NCBI GenBank assembly: GCA_964407825.1
Contig: CAYOXD010000001.1
Span: 46,032 to 110,031 of the forward strand
DNA: 64,000 bases
Reading direction: 5' to 3'
Origin: an uncultured Desulfobacterales bacterium
GTDB lineage: Bacteria > Desulfobacterota > Desulfobacteria > Desulfobacterales > JAFDDL01
The notes below the pieces were generated by a model that made no database searches, was not told the origin of the DNA, and saw only the letters and a list, made by a program, of their open reading frames with translations. Positions 17,466 to 27,853 of the stretch are shown here, one piece after another. The stretch's first letter is position 1, and every line of letters begins with the position of its first letter. The translations under genes and the position numbers were made by a program.

Positions 17466-19229
17466 CTACCGGTAACGTCGATGCTGTTTATAATAGGATT
17501 CCTTTGCCTCGTACATTCTTCGGTCCGCCTCATGGAACATCTGATCCGGCGCCACCGCATCGACACCGCAGGCCCCGAAACTGACGGTCACGGGCAACCG
17601 CACACCGCCTCCCGCATCAAACTCAACGCCACTGAAAACGCTGTTTTCCAGTCGGCTCACCATGTCCTGAGCGCCATCGTCCGTGGTATTGGTAAGAAGA
17701 AGAAGGAATTCATCCCCGCCGGTCCTGGCAACGAAGTCGGTCTCCCGCGACGCCGCAGCAAGGTGCTTTGCCACCGTCACGATCAGGGTATCCCCTGCGC
17801 CATGGCCATACGCGTCATTGGCACGTTTCAAACCGTTGACATCGGCCACGACGATGGCATAGGGAATATCGAATTCGTGACGCTTTTTTTCCTCCTCCGC
17901 CAGGGCGGCTTCGAGATACCCCCTGTTGAACAGCCCTGTCAGGGGGTCGGTATTGGCCCGCTCCTCCAGTCGACGCGTCAGGATGCGATTGTCGAGGTAA
18001 GCACCGAGAGGCTCGAAATAAAGCGATTCCAGGTCCTCATCCTCCCCCTCGGCGGGATTGACCAGAAAGGCCGTCCCGACCCGCCGTCCATCGCTGCCCA
18101 AGATGTTCCGCTGACGAATGGTTCGCCCCCCCGGGGATCCCTGGAGGAGCGACTCCGCATCGAGGTTGCCGTCGCGGGTGGAAAAGGACAACCGGATGAG
18201 CCGGTTCATCTGATCCTCCGGAAACCCCCGGTTCACGGTAAACCACAAACTGCCCGGACGAATATCCCTGACAATCACCGAGGCGGCTCCAGCATTGCAA
18301 ACGGGAAGAAACATGTCCAGGAAAAACCTCACTACCGCCTTGGGGTCCGCCTCCTTTTGCATGGTGGTCCCCAACCGCACCAGTCCGGAGAGGATATCGT
18401 TCTTCCGGGTGATGGTCTCCTGCTGTTCACGGATCTTTTCGATCAGCTGGATTTGGCGGGTGGTGTTGCGCATAAGCAGCAGGCCCCCGTCGGTCTCAGG
18501 GGACTCGATGATGGTTTCGGTAAAATATTTTCCCTCCACCAGATGATGGGTTTTCCAGCCGCCGACCCCCTGGAACCCATCCCGCACCGGACAGGGGTCG
18601 CATGGCTCGTCCCTGCCGAAAAGACCGAAACAGGTATCGGCTCGGCCGGACGGCAACATTTCCTGCGTTGCGCTGTTCTTCCGCTGGATGTGGTATTGAC
18701 GGTCGATGAGCACCAGGGCATCGGGCAGATGATCCAGAAGCCGGTTCAGCTGCGTCTCTTCCGCCGCGGATTGCCTGCGATGCCGCTCAACCAGGATATT
18801 CTTGGCCTGAAGCTCCTTTCGGGCGAGGTCCGTTTTCCGAAGCGCCCGTATCTCCCGGGACACATCGTTCAGGGTGATGACCAGACTCTTGCCCCAGGGC
18901 TGGATACCTTCCTTGAAAAAGCGGTTCCGGCCCGTTGCCTTGCCGATACGCAGCGCCTTTTCGAAGGTGGAGGACTCCCGTCCGGTTGCCAGGGGGCACT
19001 CGACGCAGGGCTCCTCTCCCCGGTGCAGCTTGGCATAACAGGTTTCCCCATCAGAGGGCAGCAGCGCCGTATCCAGCCCCAGCAGTTCCCTAGCCACCCG
19101 GTTCGCCGTCAGGATCCGGTAATTCGCATCGACCACAAGGATACCCGCGTGGATGGACTCCAGGAGCTCATGCTCCTCCTTGCCACAGATTCCGGGAAGT
19201 GCGCTATGCTGGGTGATGCAGGTGTTCAT
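17466..19229 (-). CDS. PAS-PAS-GAF-like diguanylate cyclase (GGDEF) with I-site
   Basis: RETDFVARTGGDEFLLL carries RxxD five residues before GGDEF. Two N-terminal PAS-like modules each carry a C-x9/10-EPC-x2-CP motif. Confidence 0.85.
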   Translation of the reverse strand: MNTCITQHSALPGICGKEEHELLESIHAGILVVDANYRILTANRVARELLGLDTALLPSDGETCYAKLHRGEEPCVECPLATGRESSTFEKALRIGKATGRNRFFKEGIQPWGKSLVITLNDVSREIRALRKTDLARKELQAKNILVERHRRQSAAEETQLNRLLDHLPDALVLIDRQYHIQRKNSATQEMLPSGRADTCFGLFGRDEPCDPCPVRDGFQGVGGWKTHHLVEGKYFTETIIESPETDGGLLLMRNTTRQIQLIEKIREQQETITRKNDILSGLVRLGTTMQKEADPKAVVRFFLDMFLPVCNAGAASVIVRDIRPGSLWFTVNRGFPEDQMNRLIRLSFSTRDGNLDAESLLQGSPGGRTIRQRNILGSDGRRVGTAFLVNPAEGEDEDLESLYFEPLGAYLDNRILTRRLEERANTDPLTGLFNRGYLEAALAEEEKKRHEFDIPYAIVVADVNGLKRANDAYGHGAGDTLIVTVAKHLAAASRETDFVARTGGDEFLLLLTNTTDDGAQDMVSRLENSVFSGVEFDAGGGVRLPVTVSFGACGVDAVAPDQMFHEADRRMYEAKESYYKQHRRYR

Positions 19230-19672
19230 AAAATGCGATTGCGCCGTCTGCCTCTAAAAAAAGCATGGTTCTATATCATGGGTCAATTGGCAACATTAAT
19301 TACCACTAGGTAACAACCCCTTCAGGTGAAACTGACCCACAGGTGCTTTGTACGCATTGTTCCATCGTATCGGTGCGACCGCCAGAAATCTGTAAAAGAG
19401 CGCCCTCGGACACCGGCTGCCGTCCAGCGCGTCGCATCTGATTAAATTATAAATTCAGCAAGGATATCTAAATACAGCATGTCATACAATAATGTCAACA
19501 ACCTGTCACAGGCAATCGCGCATCGACAGTATAGATGGGGAAGTTCAAGATTCCACTGCAAACAAACCGGTATTTAGGCTAAGATAGGGGGCATCAGATC
19601 CACTGTGATGCGCCGGGTAACCGGTTCACGATTCAACGCAGCCTATACTGCGTCCATGAGGAAGATGACATC

Positions 19673-22639
19673 ATGCTTACCCCCCCCGCCCCGAGCCGGC
19701 AGAGCCGCCACACGGACAGGCTCTACCCCTCCTTCAAGGTATTTCATGAACTGATGACCTGGAAGGTTCGGAACATCCTGCTTGTCTCAAGCCCGTACGA
19801 CGCCTTTATCATGGAGGAGGATGGACGGCTGGCCGGCAGAATCATCGATGAGTACCGTGGCCTGAACCTGTCCAGACCGCCGCGCCTGTCCTGGGTGTCC
19901 ACCGCCGAGGAGGCCTTGAAGGCGCTTTCCAGAGAAACTTACGATATCGTCATCACCATGCCGCGTCTGGACGGCATGGCCCCCTATGAGCTGGGCAGAA
20001 AAATCAAGCAGACCACACCGAAACTTCCCGTGTTTCTGCTGACCCATTCCACCGCCCCCGTGTTTGCCCATCCTGACTGGCCGGAGCAGGGCGTCTTTGA
20101 CAAGGTGTACGTGTGGAGCGGCAATACCGATATTCTCCTGGCCCTGATCAAGAGTGTCGAAGACCGGATGAACGTTGAATCCGACACCCGGGACGCCCTG
20201 GTGCGTGTCATCATCCTGGTGGAGGACTCCCCCATCCACGCCTCTTCCATCATTCCCCTGCTCTACAAGGAGATCGTCTCCCAAACCCAACGGGTGATGG
20301 AGGAATCCATCAACGAGGAGCATCGGCTGCTCAGAATGCGGGCCCGTCCCAAGATTCTCGTGGCCGAAACCTATGAGGAGGCCGTAGCGCTCTACCGGCG
20401 TTTTACCCCCTATCTCCTGTGCGTCATATCCGATGTACGGTTCTCCAGAAACGGGAAAATGGACGATCAGGCGGGGATTCGTCTCCTTTCGATGATCAAA
20501 CGGGAGAATCCGAATATTGCCCTTTTAAACCTCAGTTCCGAAGAAAAAAACCGGAGACACGCCCAGGACCTCTCCATCGGCTTCATCAACAAGAACGCGG
20601 CAACGCTGCTGGAGGAAATCCGCCGTTTCTTCATCGACCATCTCGGCTTTGGAGATTTCATCTTTCGCCTGCCCACGGGGGAAATCGTCGGACGGGCCGA
20701 AAACCTGCGGGCGATGGAAACGGCCCTTCCGGATATCCCATCTGAATCCCTCTATTTTCATGGAATGAGAAACGATTTTTCCATCTGGCTCATGGCACGG
20801 GCGGAGGTACAATTGGCCTCGGAGCTGCGGCCGGTGAAGGTGACGGACTTTACGGATGAGAAAGACCTTCGGGGCTATCTCATCTCCTGTATTCAAAACC
20901 GGCGAAAGGGACAACAGCGGGGACATATCATCGATTTTACAGACGATGAGTTCGATCCGGACAACGATTTCACCAAGGTTGGCAAGGGCTCCATGGGAGG
21001 CAAAGCCCGCAGCCTGGCCTTTATCTCCAGTCTGCTCAAGGAAAATCCAGGTCTCCAGGAATCCTTTCCCGGCCTGGACATCCGGATCCCCAAGACCCTG
21101 GCCATCACCACGGAGGGATTTGACACCTTCTTGGAGGATTCCGGCCTCCACGACCTTCCCTTCGACACCCTGACAGACGAAGCCATTACAGATCGGTTTC
21201 TGGAAGCCCCCCTTCCCGGCTGGCTGACCCGAAAGCTGGAAATCTTTCTGTCCAACACCCATTATCCCCTTGCCGTCCGTTCCTCGAGTCTTCTGGAAGA
21301 CGCGCAATTCCAGCCCTTTGCAGGCATCTACCAGACACACATGATCCCCAACAACGAGCCGGACGCCGCCATTCGGCTGGAGCGGTTGGCACACGCCATC
21401 AAGCGCGTCTATGCCTCCACCTTTCTGGCAGCGCCACGGGCTTACGCCAATGGCACGATCCACCGGATCGAGGAAGAAAAGATGGCCGTGATCGTTCAGC
21501 AAATCGTCGGAACGCGATATGACCATTACTTTTACCCGGCCCTCTCTGGCATGGTGCAATCCTATAATTTCTATGCCATTTCCCACCTGGCACCGGAGGA
21601 CGGGGTGGCCCATATCGCCGTCGGACTGGGAAAAACAGTGGTGGAAGGAGGTGCTTCCCTGCGCTTCTCCCCGGCACATCCACAATTTCTGCCCGGCTTT
21701 TCCACGGTGGAGGAAATCCTGGAGAACTCCCAGCGTCGCTTCTATGCCTTGGATATGACGGACAGGGGAGAATCGCCCTTGTCCCTGCTGGATATCGACA
21801 CGGTGAGGGATCATCCCCCCATCCGCCTGATGTCGAGCACCTATATCGTGGACGAACATCGCATCCGGGACGCAGGCCCGTCGAACGGTCATCCGGTCCT
21901 GACCTTCGCCGCCATTTTAAAATACGACATGATTCCGCTGCCGGCGCTGCTTCGGGAATTGCTCACCCTGGGGAAAAAGGGGCTGGGCGCGCCCGTGGAA
22001 ATCGAATTTGCCGTCACCCTGGCCGATGGGTGGACCGGGGACAAGGAGAGCAAACCGAGTTTCTCCCTCCTTCAGATACGGCCCATGGCCTATGGCTGCA
22101 TTCAAACGGATGTCGAGGTTCTTCCGGAGGATGTAAAAAACGCCTTCTGTTACTCCACCATGGCCATGGGCAATGGCTGCCAGGGGGACAGCGACCGGAT
22201 CGTCTTTGTCAAGCCGGAGTCCTTCGACCCTTCCCAGACCCTGCAAATCGCGGACGAAATAGGCAAGATCAATCAGCAATTAAAGGGGCAAAACCGGAAG
22301 TACCTCCTGATCGGCCCCGGACGCTGGGGATCGGCAGACCGCTGGCTGGGCATCCCCGTCAAGTGGCACGACATCTCCCAGGCGACCATCATCGTGGAGA
22401 CCACCGCGAAAAATCTCCAGGCGGTCCCCTCCCAGGGGACCCACTTCTTTCACAACATCACTTCCATGGGAACCAGCTATCTAACGGTGGGGCCCAACAA
22501 AAAGGACTTTGTGGACTGGGGATGGCTCCAAGGGCTGCCGGTCGAGGAGGAAACAGCGTATGTCCGCCTGGTTCGGTGCCTTTCCCCCTTCACCGTCAAG
22601 ATTGACGGTAAGGCATCTCGAGCGGTTCTGTTGAAATAG
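19673..22639 (+). CDS. Tandem receiver-like domains fused to a PPDK_N-type (PEP/pyruvate-binding, ATP-grasp) domain; no phosphohistidine swivel domain recognised
   Basis: The first REC-like module reads DIVITMPRLDG and apparently lacks the acceptor Asp. The second reads LLCVISDVRF with Asp retained. ATP-grasp region KVGKGSMGGKARSLAF...VRSSSLLED. Conserved tail LIGPGRWGSADRWLGIPV. Confidence 0.7.
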   Translation: MLTPPAPSRQSRHTDRLYPSFKVFHELMTWKVRNILLVSSPYDAFIMEEDGRLAGRIIDEYRGLNLSRPPRLSWVSTAEEALKALSRETYDIVITMPRLDGMAPYELGRKIKQTTPKLPVFLLTHSTAPVFAHPDWPEQGVFDKVYVWSGNTDILLALIKSVEDRMNVESDTRDALVRVIILVEDSPIHASSIIPLLYKEIVSQTQRVMEESINEEHRLLRMRARPKILVAETYEEAVALYRRFTPYLLCVISDVRFSRNGKMDDQAGIRLLSMIKRENPNIALLNLSSEEKNRRHAQDLSIGFINKNAATLLEEIRRFFIDHLGFGDFIFRLPTGEIVGRAENLRAMETALPDIPSESLYFHGMRNDFSIWLMARAEVQLASELRPVKVTDFTDEKDLRGYLISCIQNRRKGQQRGHIIDFTDDEFDPDNDFTKVGKGSMGGKARSLAFISSLLKENPGLQESFPGLDIRIPKTLAITTEGFDTFLEDSGLHDLPFDTLTDEAITDRFLEAPLPGWLTRKLEIFLSNTHYPLAVRSSSLLEDAQFQPFAGIYQTHMIPNNEPDAAIRLERLAHAIKRVYASTFLAAPRAYANGTIHRIEEEKMAVIVQQIVGTRYDHYFYPALSGMVQSYNFYAISHLAPEDGVAHIAVGLGKTVVEGGASLRFSPAHPQFLPGFSTVEEILENSQRRFYALDMTDRGESPLSLLDIDTVRDHPPIRLMSSTYIVDEHRIRDAGPSNGHPVLTFAAILKYDMIPLPALLRELLTLGKKGLGAPVEIEFAVTLADGWTGDKESKPSFSLLQIRPMAYGCIQTDVEVLPEDVKNAFCYSTMAMGNGCQGDSDRIVFVKPESFDPSQTLQIADEIGKINQQLKGQNRKYLLIGPGRWGSADRWLGIPVKWHDISQATIIVETTAKNLQAVPSQGTHFFHNITSMGTSYLTVGPNKKDFVDWGWLQGLPVEEETAYVRLVRCLSPFTVKIDGKASRAVLLK

Positions 22640-22678
22640 CGCCACCGACGGAGATGAGCAGGATAGCCAGGAGGAGAA

Positions 22679-22694
22679 CCCGGGGAAACCCGGG
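22679..22694. terminator. Short GC hairpin between convergent genes (possible cspA terminator)
   Basis: CCCGGG-GAAA-CCCGGG. On the minus strand it is followed by TTCTCCTCC. Weak U-tract. Confidence 0.3.
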
Positions 22695-22749
22695 CGAAAG
22701 GAAAGGGACACACCGGCCGCAAGGGCTGATGGCATGCCCCTTTCTCGGC

Positions 22750-22950
22750 CTATTCTTTCGTGACATTTTTAGCGGCAGGTCCCTTGTTGCTGTGCTCCAC
22801 ATCAAAGGTAACCCGGTCCCCCTCGGCAAGGGTCTTAAAACCCGCCCCACTGATGGCGCTGTAGTGGACGAACACGTCCGCCCCCCCCTCCTGTTCGATA
22901 AACCCAAATCCTTTTTTGTCGTTGAACCACTTCACAACCCCGTTTGCCAT
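22750..22950 (-). CDS. cspA: Cold-shock protein, CspA family
   Basis: [31 protein letters not shown] contains the RNP1 and RNP2 motifs. GGAGGG SD. Start at 22950, not the track start at 22968. Confidence 0.9.
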   Translation of the reverse strand: MANGVVKWFNDKKGFGFIEQEGGADVFVHYSAISGAGFKTLAEGDRVTFDVEHSNKGPAAKNVTKE

Positions 22951-23554
22951 GATACTACCCTCCCTCAAGTTATGATTCTTCCTGGCACCGCGTGGTGATC
23001 GTCAACGCCCTTCAAACGATGGGAGCCACACGATGCGCCCGCCGAACGGGCATACGATAGTGAAACCATCCCCATCACCGGCAGGTTCAACGTGCCGGTG
23101 CGGGGCTGGAACGCACCCCTTCTTCAGCACTCTCCGTTCCCTCTTTCTGAATCTTTCACCCTAAGTCTCAAAACTCCCGGAAGTTACAGGCGAAACACGC
23201 CAAATCCCCCTTGGGTATACGGAAAGTTCTTCAGGCATCACCCAAAGAGGGGCCTCGGCCTTCACTTTAGTCAGAATGTTGGGAAAATCATGCGATAAAA
23301 AACCGTCCCGCGCTTATGGGCAAGAGAAAGCATACTCAATATAAGTCGTATGGCAAAACCTATCTGTGCCATGTACCACGCACACAGGGATAGAACGGCA
23401 TGGGGTGGTCCATGAAGCGTCTCAGGAAAAACCGATGGGCGCGTATGGCGGTGTATGAAATAAGGCTGAGGAAATACAGTCACCGTGAAAAACCTATGGC
23501 TTGACGCAACAATTATCCATTGTACAGGTTACAGTATGACTGCGTCTAAACCAT

Positions 23555-23579
23555 TTGACGGGCTTTGTCAAGTTTTTTT
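23555..23579 (+). terminator. Weak plus-strand intrinsic terminator abutting the parC 3' end
   Basis: TTGAC-gggcttt-GTCAA followed by G and T7 on the plus strand. On the parC strand the T-run becomes an upstream A-run. Confidence 0.4.
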
Positions 23580-23586
23580 CGAGGGA

Positions 23587-25866
23587 TCACCCCTCCTCGG
23601 TGGTGGATACCGGAGCGAGGCTGTCCACGCTCCGAAATCCCCTGGGAAGTTTCTGACCCCGCCGGCCCCGGATCCCCCTGAACTGCGCCAGGTTTCCGGG
23701 CTTCAGGGTGAGCATCCGCTTTCCGGCTTGAATTTGAAGGGAATCCTCCGGTCCCAGGACGGCAAGGTGCGTCATCAATTCCTCCCGCGCCCGAGCGCGT
23801 ACCGCAGGAATGTGGATCAGCTTATTCCCCTTGCCCCGGCCAAGCAATGGCAGGTCCTGCAAGGGGAAAAGCAGCAGGCGACCTTCACTGGTGGCGGCGG
23901 CCAGCAAGGCCTTGTCCACATCGTCCACCGGAAGCGGAAGGAGCGGCTGGGCGCCCTTGGGCAGAGTAAGGACCGCCTTTCCATTCCGGTTCCGGGTCAC
24001 GAGATCGCCCAGGTGACAGATAAACCCGTAGCCGGCATCGCTGGCCATCAGCAGCCGCCGGTCCGGTTCATCCATTAAAACGCAGAGCACCGCCGCACCG
24101 GGAGGCAGATTGAGCCGGCCGCTGAGGGGTTCGCCCTGGCCCCGGGCCGAGGGCAGACTGTGGGCCGCAAGGACATAGCTTCTGCCCGTGGAATCGAAAA
24201 ACACGGCTGCCTGATTGCTCCGCCCCCGTGCAGCCTGCAGGAACCGGTCGCCCGCCTTGTAATTCAACCCCGCCGGGTCCACCTCGTGGCCCTTGGCCGC
24301 CCGGACCCACCCCTTGGCGGAGAGGATCACGGTTAACGGCTCCACGGGTCCCATGTCCACCTGGGAGAGGGCCTTTGCCTCCTGTCTGCAGACCAGAGGA
24401 GAGCGTCGGGAATCCCCGTATTTTTCCGCATCGGCCGCCAACTCCTTGCGGATCAGGGTCCTAAGCCGCGCTTTCGAATTCAGGGTTTTCTCCAGGTGGT
24501 TGCGCTCCTTTGAGAGCGCATCCCGTTCCCCGCGGATCTTGATCTCCTCGAGCTTTGCCAGGTGGCGCAGCTTGGTCTCCAGGATCGCCTCGGCCTGGCG
24601 ATCGCTGAGGCCGAATCGCTGCATCAGGACCGGTTTTGGATGATCCTCCCGACGGATGATGGCGATCACCTCGTCCAGGTTCAAATAGGCGATCAAGAGC
24701 CCTTCCAGCACGTGGAGCCGGTCAAGGACCTTATCGAGCCGGTGCTGCAGACGGCGGCGCACGGTTTGGGTCCGGAAGCTCAGCCATTCCCTGAGCAGTG
24801 CCCCCAAATCCTTCACCTGAGGCCGGCCGTCGAGGCCGATCAGATTGAAATTGACGCGGTACGACCTTTCCAGGTCCGTTGTGGCAAAGAGGTGGGCCAT
24901 GAGGGCCGGCACATCCACCCGGCCGCTGCGGGGAACGATCACCAGACGCGTGGGCTCCTCATGGTCCGATTCATCCCGCAGATCCGCCACCATGGGCAGT
25001 TTCTTCGCCTGCATCTGGCCGGCGATCTGCTCAAGCACCTTAGCACCGGACACCTGGTGGGGCAGCGCCGTCACGATGATATCCCCGTTTTCCCGGCTGT
25101 AGACCGCCCGCATCTTGAAATTCCCCGCACCGGTAAGATAAACGGCCAACAGCTCGTCTGCGGGCGTGATGATCTCCGCCTCGGTGGGAAAATCCGGTCC
25201 CTTGATGAAGGCGCAAAGCTGTTCAACTGTCGCATCCGGGTGATCCAGCAGGTGAATGCAGGCCTGGGCCACCTCTCCGAGGTTATGGGGCGGAATGTCC
25301 GTGGCCATGCCCACGGCGATACCCGAGGCGCCGTTTAGAAGGATGTTGGGAAGACGCGCCGGCAAACAGAAGGGCTCCTTGAGGGTCCCGTCAAAATTGC
25401 TCCCCCAGTCCACGGTTCCCTGACCCAACTCGCCGAGAAGCACCTCCGCGTAAGCCGACAGCCGGCACTCGGTGTATCGCATGGCCGCGAAAGACTTGGG
25501 ATCATCCGGTGAGCCCCAGTTACCCTGGCCGTCAATAAGGGGGTAGCGATAGGAAAACCCCTGGGCCATCAGCACCATGGCCTCATAGCAGGGTCCATCC
25601 CCGTGGGGATGGAACTTGCCCAGCACATCCCCCACGGTCCTGGCCGATTTCTTGTATTTGGCGCCGGCGCTCAGGCCCAGATCGCTCATGGCGTAGATAA
25701 TGCGGCGCTGAACCGGTTTCAACCCGTCGCCCACGTGGGGCAGCGCCCGGTCGAGAATGACGTACATGGCGTAATCCCGGTAGGCGCTCTCGGCAAAAAG
25801 ACGCATGGGCACCTGTTCGATGCCCTCGTTATTGATCTGTGTGGTTCCCATTACGTCAAACTTCAC
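23587..25866 (-). CDS. parC: Type IIA topoisomerase subunit A, ParC-type (topoisomerase IV)
   Basis: [22 protein letters not shown] and the active-site Tyr context AAMRYTE. At 759 aa with no GyrA-box seen, it favours ParC over GyrA. Confidence 0.75.
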   Translation of the reverse strand: MKFDVMGTTQINNEGIEQVPMRLFAESAYRDYAMYVILDRALPHVGDGLKPVQRRIIYAMSDLGLSAGAKYKKSARTVGDVLGKFHPHGDGPCYEAMVLMAQGFSYRYPLIDGQGNWGSPDDPKSFAAMRYTECRLSAYAEVLLGELGQGTVDWGSNFDGTLKEPFCLPARLPNILLNGASGIAVGMATDIPPHNLGEVAQACIHLLDHPDATVEQLCAFIKGPDFPTEAEIITPADELLAVYLTGAGNFKMRAVYSRENGDIIVTALPHQVSGAKVLEQIAGQMQAKKLPMVADLRDESDHEEPTRLVIVPRSGRVDVPALMAHLFATTDLERSYRVNFNLIGLDGRPQVKDLGALLREWLSFRTQTVRRRLQHRLDKVLDRLHVLEGLLIAYLNLDEVIAIIRREDHPKPVLMQRFGLSDRQAEAILETKLRHLAKLEEIKIRGERDALSKERNHLEKTLNSKARLRTLIRKELAADAEKYGDSRRSPLVCRQEAKALSQVDMGPVEPLTVILSAKGWVRAAKGHEVDPAGLNYKAGDRFLQAARGRSNQAAVFFDSTGRSYVLAAHSLPSARGQGEPLSGRLNLPPGAAVLCVLMDEPDRRLLMASDAGYGFICHLGDLVTRNRNGKAVLTLPKGAQPLLPLPVDDVDKALLAAATSEGRLLLFPLQDLPLLGRGKGNKLIHIPAVRARAREELMTHLAVLGPEDSLQIQAGKRMLTLKPGNLAQFRGIRGRRGQKLPRGFRSVDSLAPVSTTEEG

Positions 25867-25879
25867 TTTTGCAGGTTAA

Positions 25880-27853
25880 CTATTGCTCGTCCGTAGACCG
25901 AACCAAAGATCCCGGATCCAAATCGAAATCGGGATCGCTATCGCCCCCCCCCTCCGACGCCACAGAGCCCGTCCCTTCCACCGGCTTTTGCTCCAGCCAA
26001 TCCCGGCGGTCCCGGGCCCTCTTCTTCGCCAGCAACATGTCCATAATCTCGAAGGTCGGCGCTTCCGCATCCAGGGTCAGACGCACCAGCCGCCGGGTGT
26101 CCGGTGCCATGGTGGTCTCTCGCAGCTGCAGGGGATTCATCTCCCCCAGGCCCTTGAATCGCTGGACATTGACCTTGCCGGTCCGTTTTTCTGCCTTGAT
26201 CCTGGCAAGAACCCCCTGTTTTTCATCATCGTCCAAGGCATAGAAGACCGTCTTTCCCACATCGATCCGGTACAGGGGCGGCATGGCCACGAACACGTGA
26301 CCGGCACTGACCAGGGGGCGGAAATGGCGCAGGAACAGTGCGCAGAGCAGGGTGGCGATATGAAGGCCGTCCGAATCCGCGTCCGCCAGTATGCAGATCT
26401 TCCCATACCGAAGGCCCGAAAGATCCTCCGATCCCGGATCCACACCGATTGCCACTGCAATATCATGAATTTCCTTTGAATTCAGGACCAGGGCATTTTC
26501 GACCTCCCAGGTATTCATAATCTTACCCCGCAGGGGCATGATGGCCTGAAACTGTCGGTCCCGGGCCTGCTTGGCGCTTCCCCCTGCCGAATCGCCTTCC
26601 ACCAGGAAGAGTTCGCTGTCCATGGGGTCCTGCCCCACGCAATCTGCCAGCTTGCCGGGAAGGGCTGGGCCGCTGGTGATTTTTTTCCGGGCCACCCGCT
26701 TTCCGGCGCGCAACCGCTGCTGGGCATTGTTGATGGCCATCTCAGCGATCCGCTCGCCCACATCGGTGTGCTGGTTCAGCCACAGACTGAAGGCATCCTT
26801 CACCACACCGGCGACAAAGGCGGCGCTCTGGCGCGAGGAGAGACGCTCCTTGGTCTGCCCTGAGAACTGTGGATCCAGCATCATCACGGACAGAACATAG
26901 ATGCATCGCTCCCAGACATCCTCCGGCCCGATCTTGACCCCCCGGGGAACAAGTTTCCGAAACTCGCAGAACTCCCGGATGGCGGTGAGAAGTCCGGTTC
27001 GGAATCCGTTCACATGGGTTCCGCCGAGCGGCGTGGGAATCAGGTTTACATAGCTTTCCGCCACCACCTCGCCCCCCTCCGGCATCCACGCCACGGCCCA
27101 GGAAACACTCTCTGTCTGTCCTTCAAGAAAACCGGCAAAGCCTGCCTCTGGCAGCAGGAGCTGCTCCCCGGCCTGCTCCACCAGGTAATCCTGCAACCCG
27201 CCGGCATAGTGCCACAGGCTGGTCTCGCCCGTATGGGCGTCCAAATAACGCACCGTGAGCCCCGGACACAGGACCGCCTTGGCCCGCAAGGCGTGCCGCA
27301 GGGGACGAGGAGAAAATTTGGGGGAATCGAAATACTTGGGATCCGGCCAGAACCGGAGGGAGGTTCCGGTGTTTCGCCTGCCGACCGTTCCCAAAACAGC
27401 AAGATCCCGCACCTTTTCACCATCGGCGAAGCCCATGCCGTACCGGTTCCCGTCCCGTTTAATCTCAACCTCCAGGCGTTGGGACAGGGCGTTGACCACC
27501 GAGACGCCCACACCGTGAAGCCCCCCGGAAAAGCGGTAGCTCTTGTTGGAAAATTTCGCGCCCGCGTGCAAGCGGGTCAAAATGAGCTCCACCCCCGGGA
27601 TGCCCTCCTCCGGATGGATGTCCACAGGCATCCCCCGACCGTCATCCACCACCTCCAGGGACTCGTCGTCGTGGAGAATCACGTCGATGCACTTGGCATA
27701 ACCGGCAATGGCCTCGTCCACGCTGTTATCGATCGCCTCATGGGCCAGATGGTTGGGCCGGGAGGTATCCGTATACATCCCTGGCCTGCGCCTGACCGGA
27801 TCGAGGCCGCTGAGGACCTCGATCGCCTCGGCCGTATATTCTTGGTGTGTCAT
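25880..27853 (-). CDS. parE: Type IIA topoisomerase subunit B, ParE-type
   Basis: Start at MTHQEYTAEAIEVLSGLDPVRRRPGMY. Motifs HEAIDNSVDEA, GGLHGVG, EGDSAGG, PLRGKIMN. The track ORF (to 28345) is an over-extension that overlaps the upstream transporter gene. The ATG overlaps that gene's stop (ATGA). Confidence 0.85.
   Translation of the reverse strand: MTHQEYTAEAIEVLSGLDPVRRRPGMYTDTSRPNHLAHEAIDNSVDEAIAGYAKCIDVILHDDESLEVVDDGRGMPVDIHPEEGIPGVELILTRLHAGAKFSNKSYRFSGGLHGVGVSVVNALSQRLEVEIKRDGNRYGMGFADGEKVRDLAVLGTVGRRNTGTSLRFWPDPKYFDSPKFSPRPLRHALRAKAVLCPGLTVRYLDAHTGETSLWHYAGGLQDYLVEQAGEQLLLPEAGFAGFLEGQTESVSWAVAWMPEGGEVVAESYVNLIPTPLGGTHVNGFRTGLLTAIREFCEFRKLVPRGVKIGPEDVWERCIYVLSVMMLDPQFSGQTKERLSSRQSAAFVAGVVKDAFSLWLNQHTDVGERIAEMAINNAQQRLRAGKRVARKKITSGPALPGKLADCVGQDPMDSELFLVEGDSAGGSAKQARDRQFQAIMPLRGKIMNTWEVENALVLNSKEIHDIAVAIGVDPGSEDLSGLRYGKICILADADSDGLHIATLLCALFLRHFRPLVSAGHVFVAMPPLYRIDVGKTVFYALDDDEKQGVLARIKAEKRTGKVNVQRFKGLGEMNPLQLRETTMAPDTRRLVRLTLDAEAPTFEIMDMLLAKKRARDRRDWLEQKPVEGTGSVASEGGGDSDPDFDLDPGSLVRSTDEQ

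Noticed and set aside
17481-19313. 610-aa plus-strand ORF
   Set aside because: It is entirely antisense to the PAS-GGDEF gene, which has clear motifs (GGDEF, I-site). The translation is Arg/Gly/Pro-rich and low-complexity, typical of shadow ORFs in GC-rich DNA. No SD or family features.
20525-21892. 455-aa minus-strand ORF
   Set aside because: Antisense to the receiver-PPDK_N gene. Composition is typical of a GC-rich shadow frame. No motifs.
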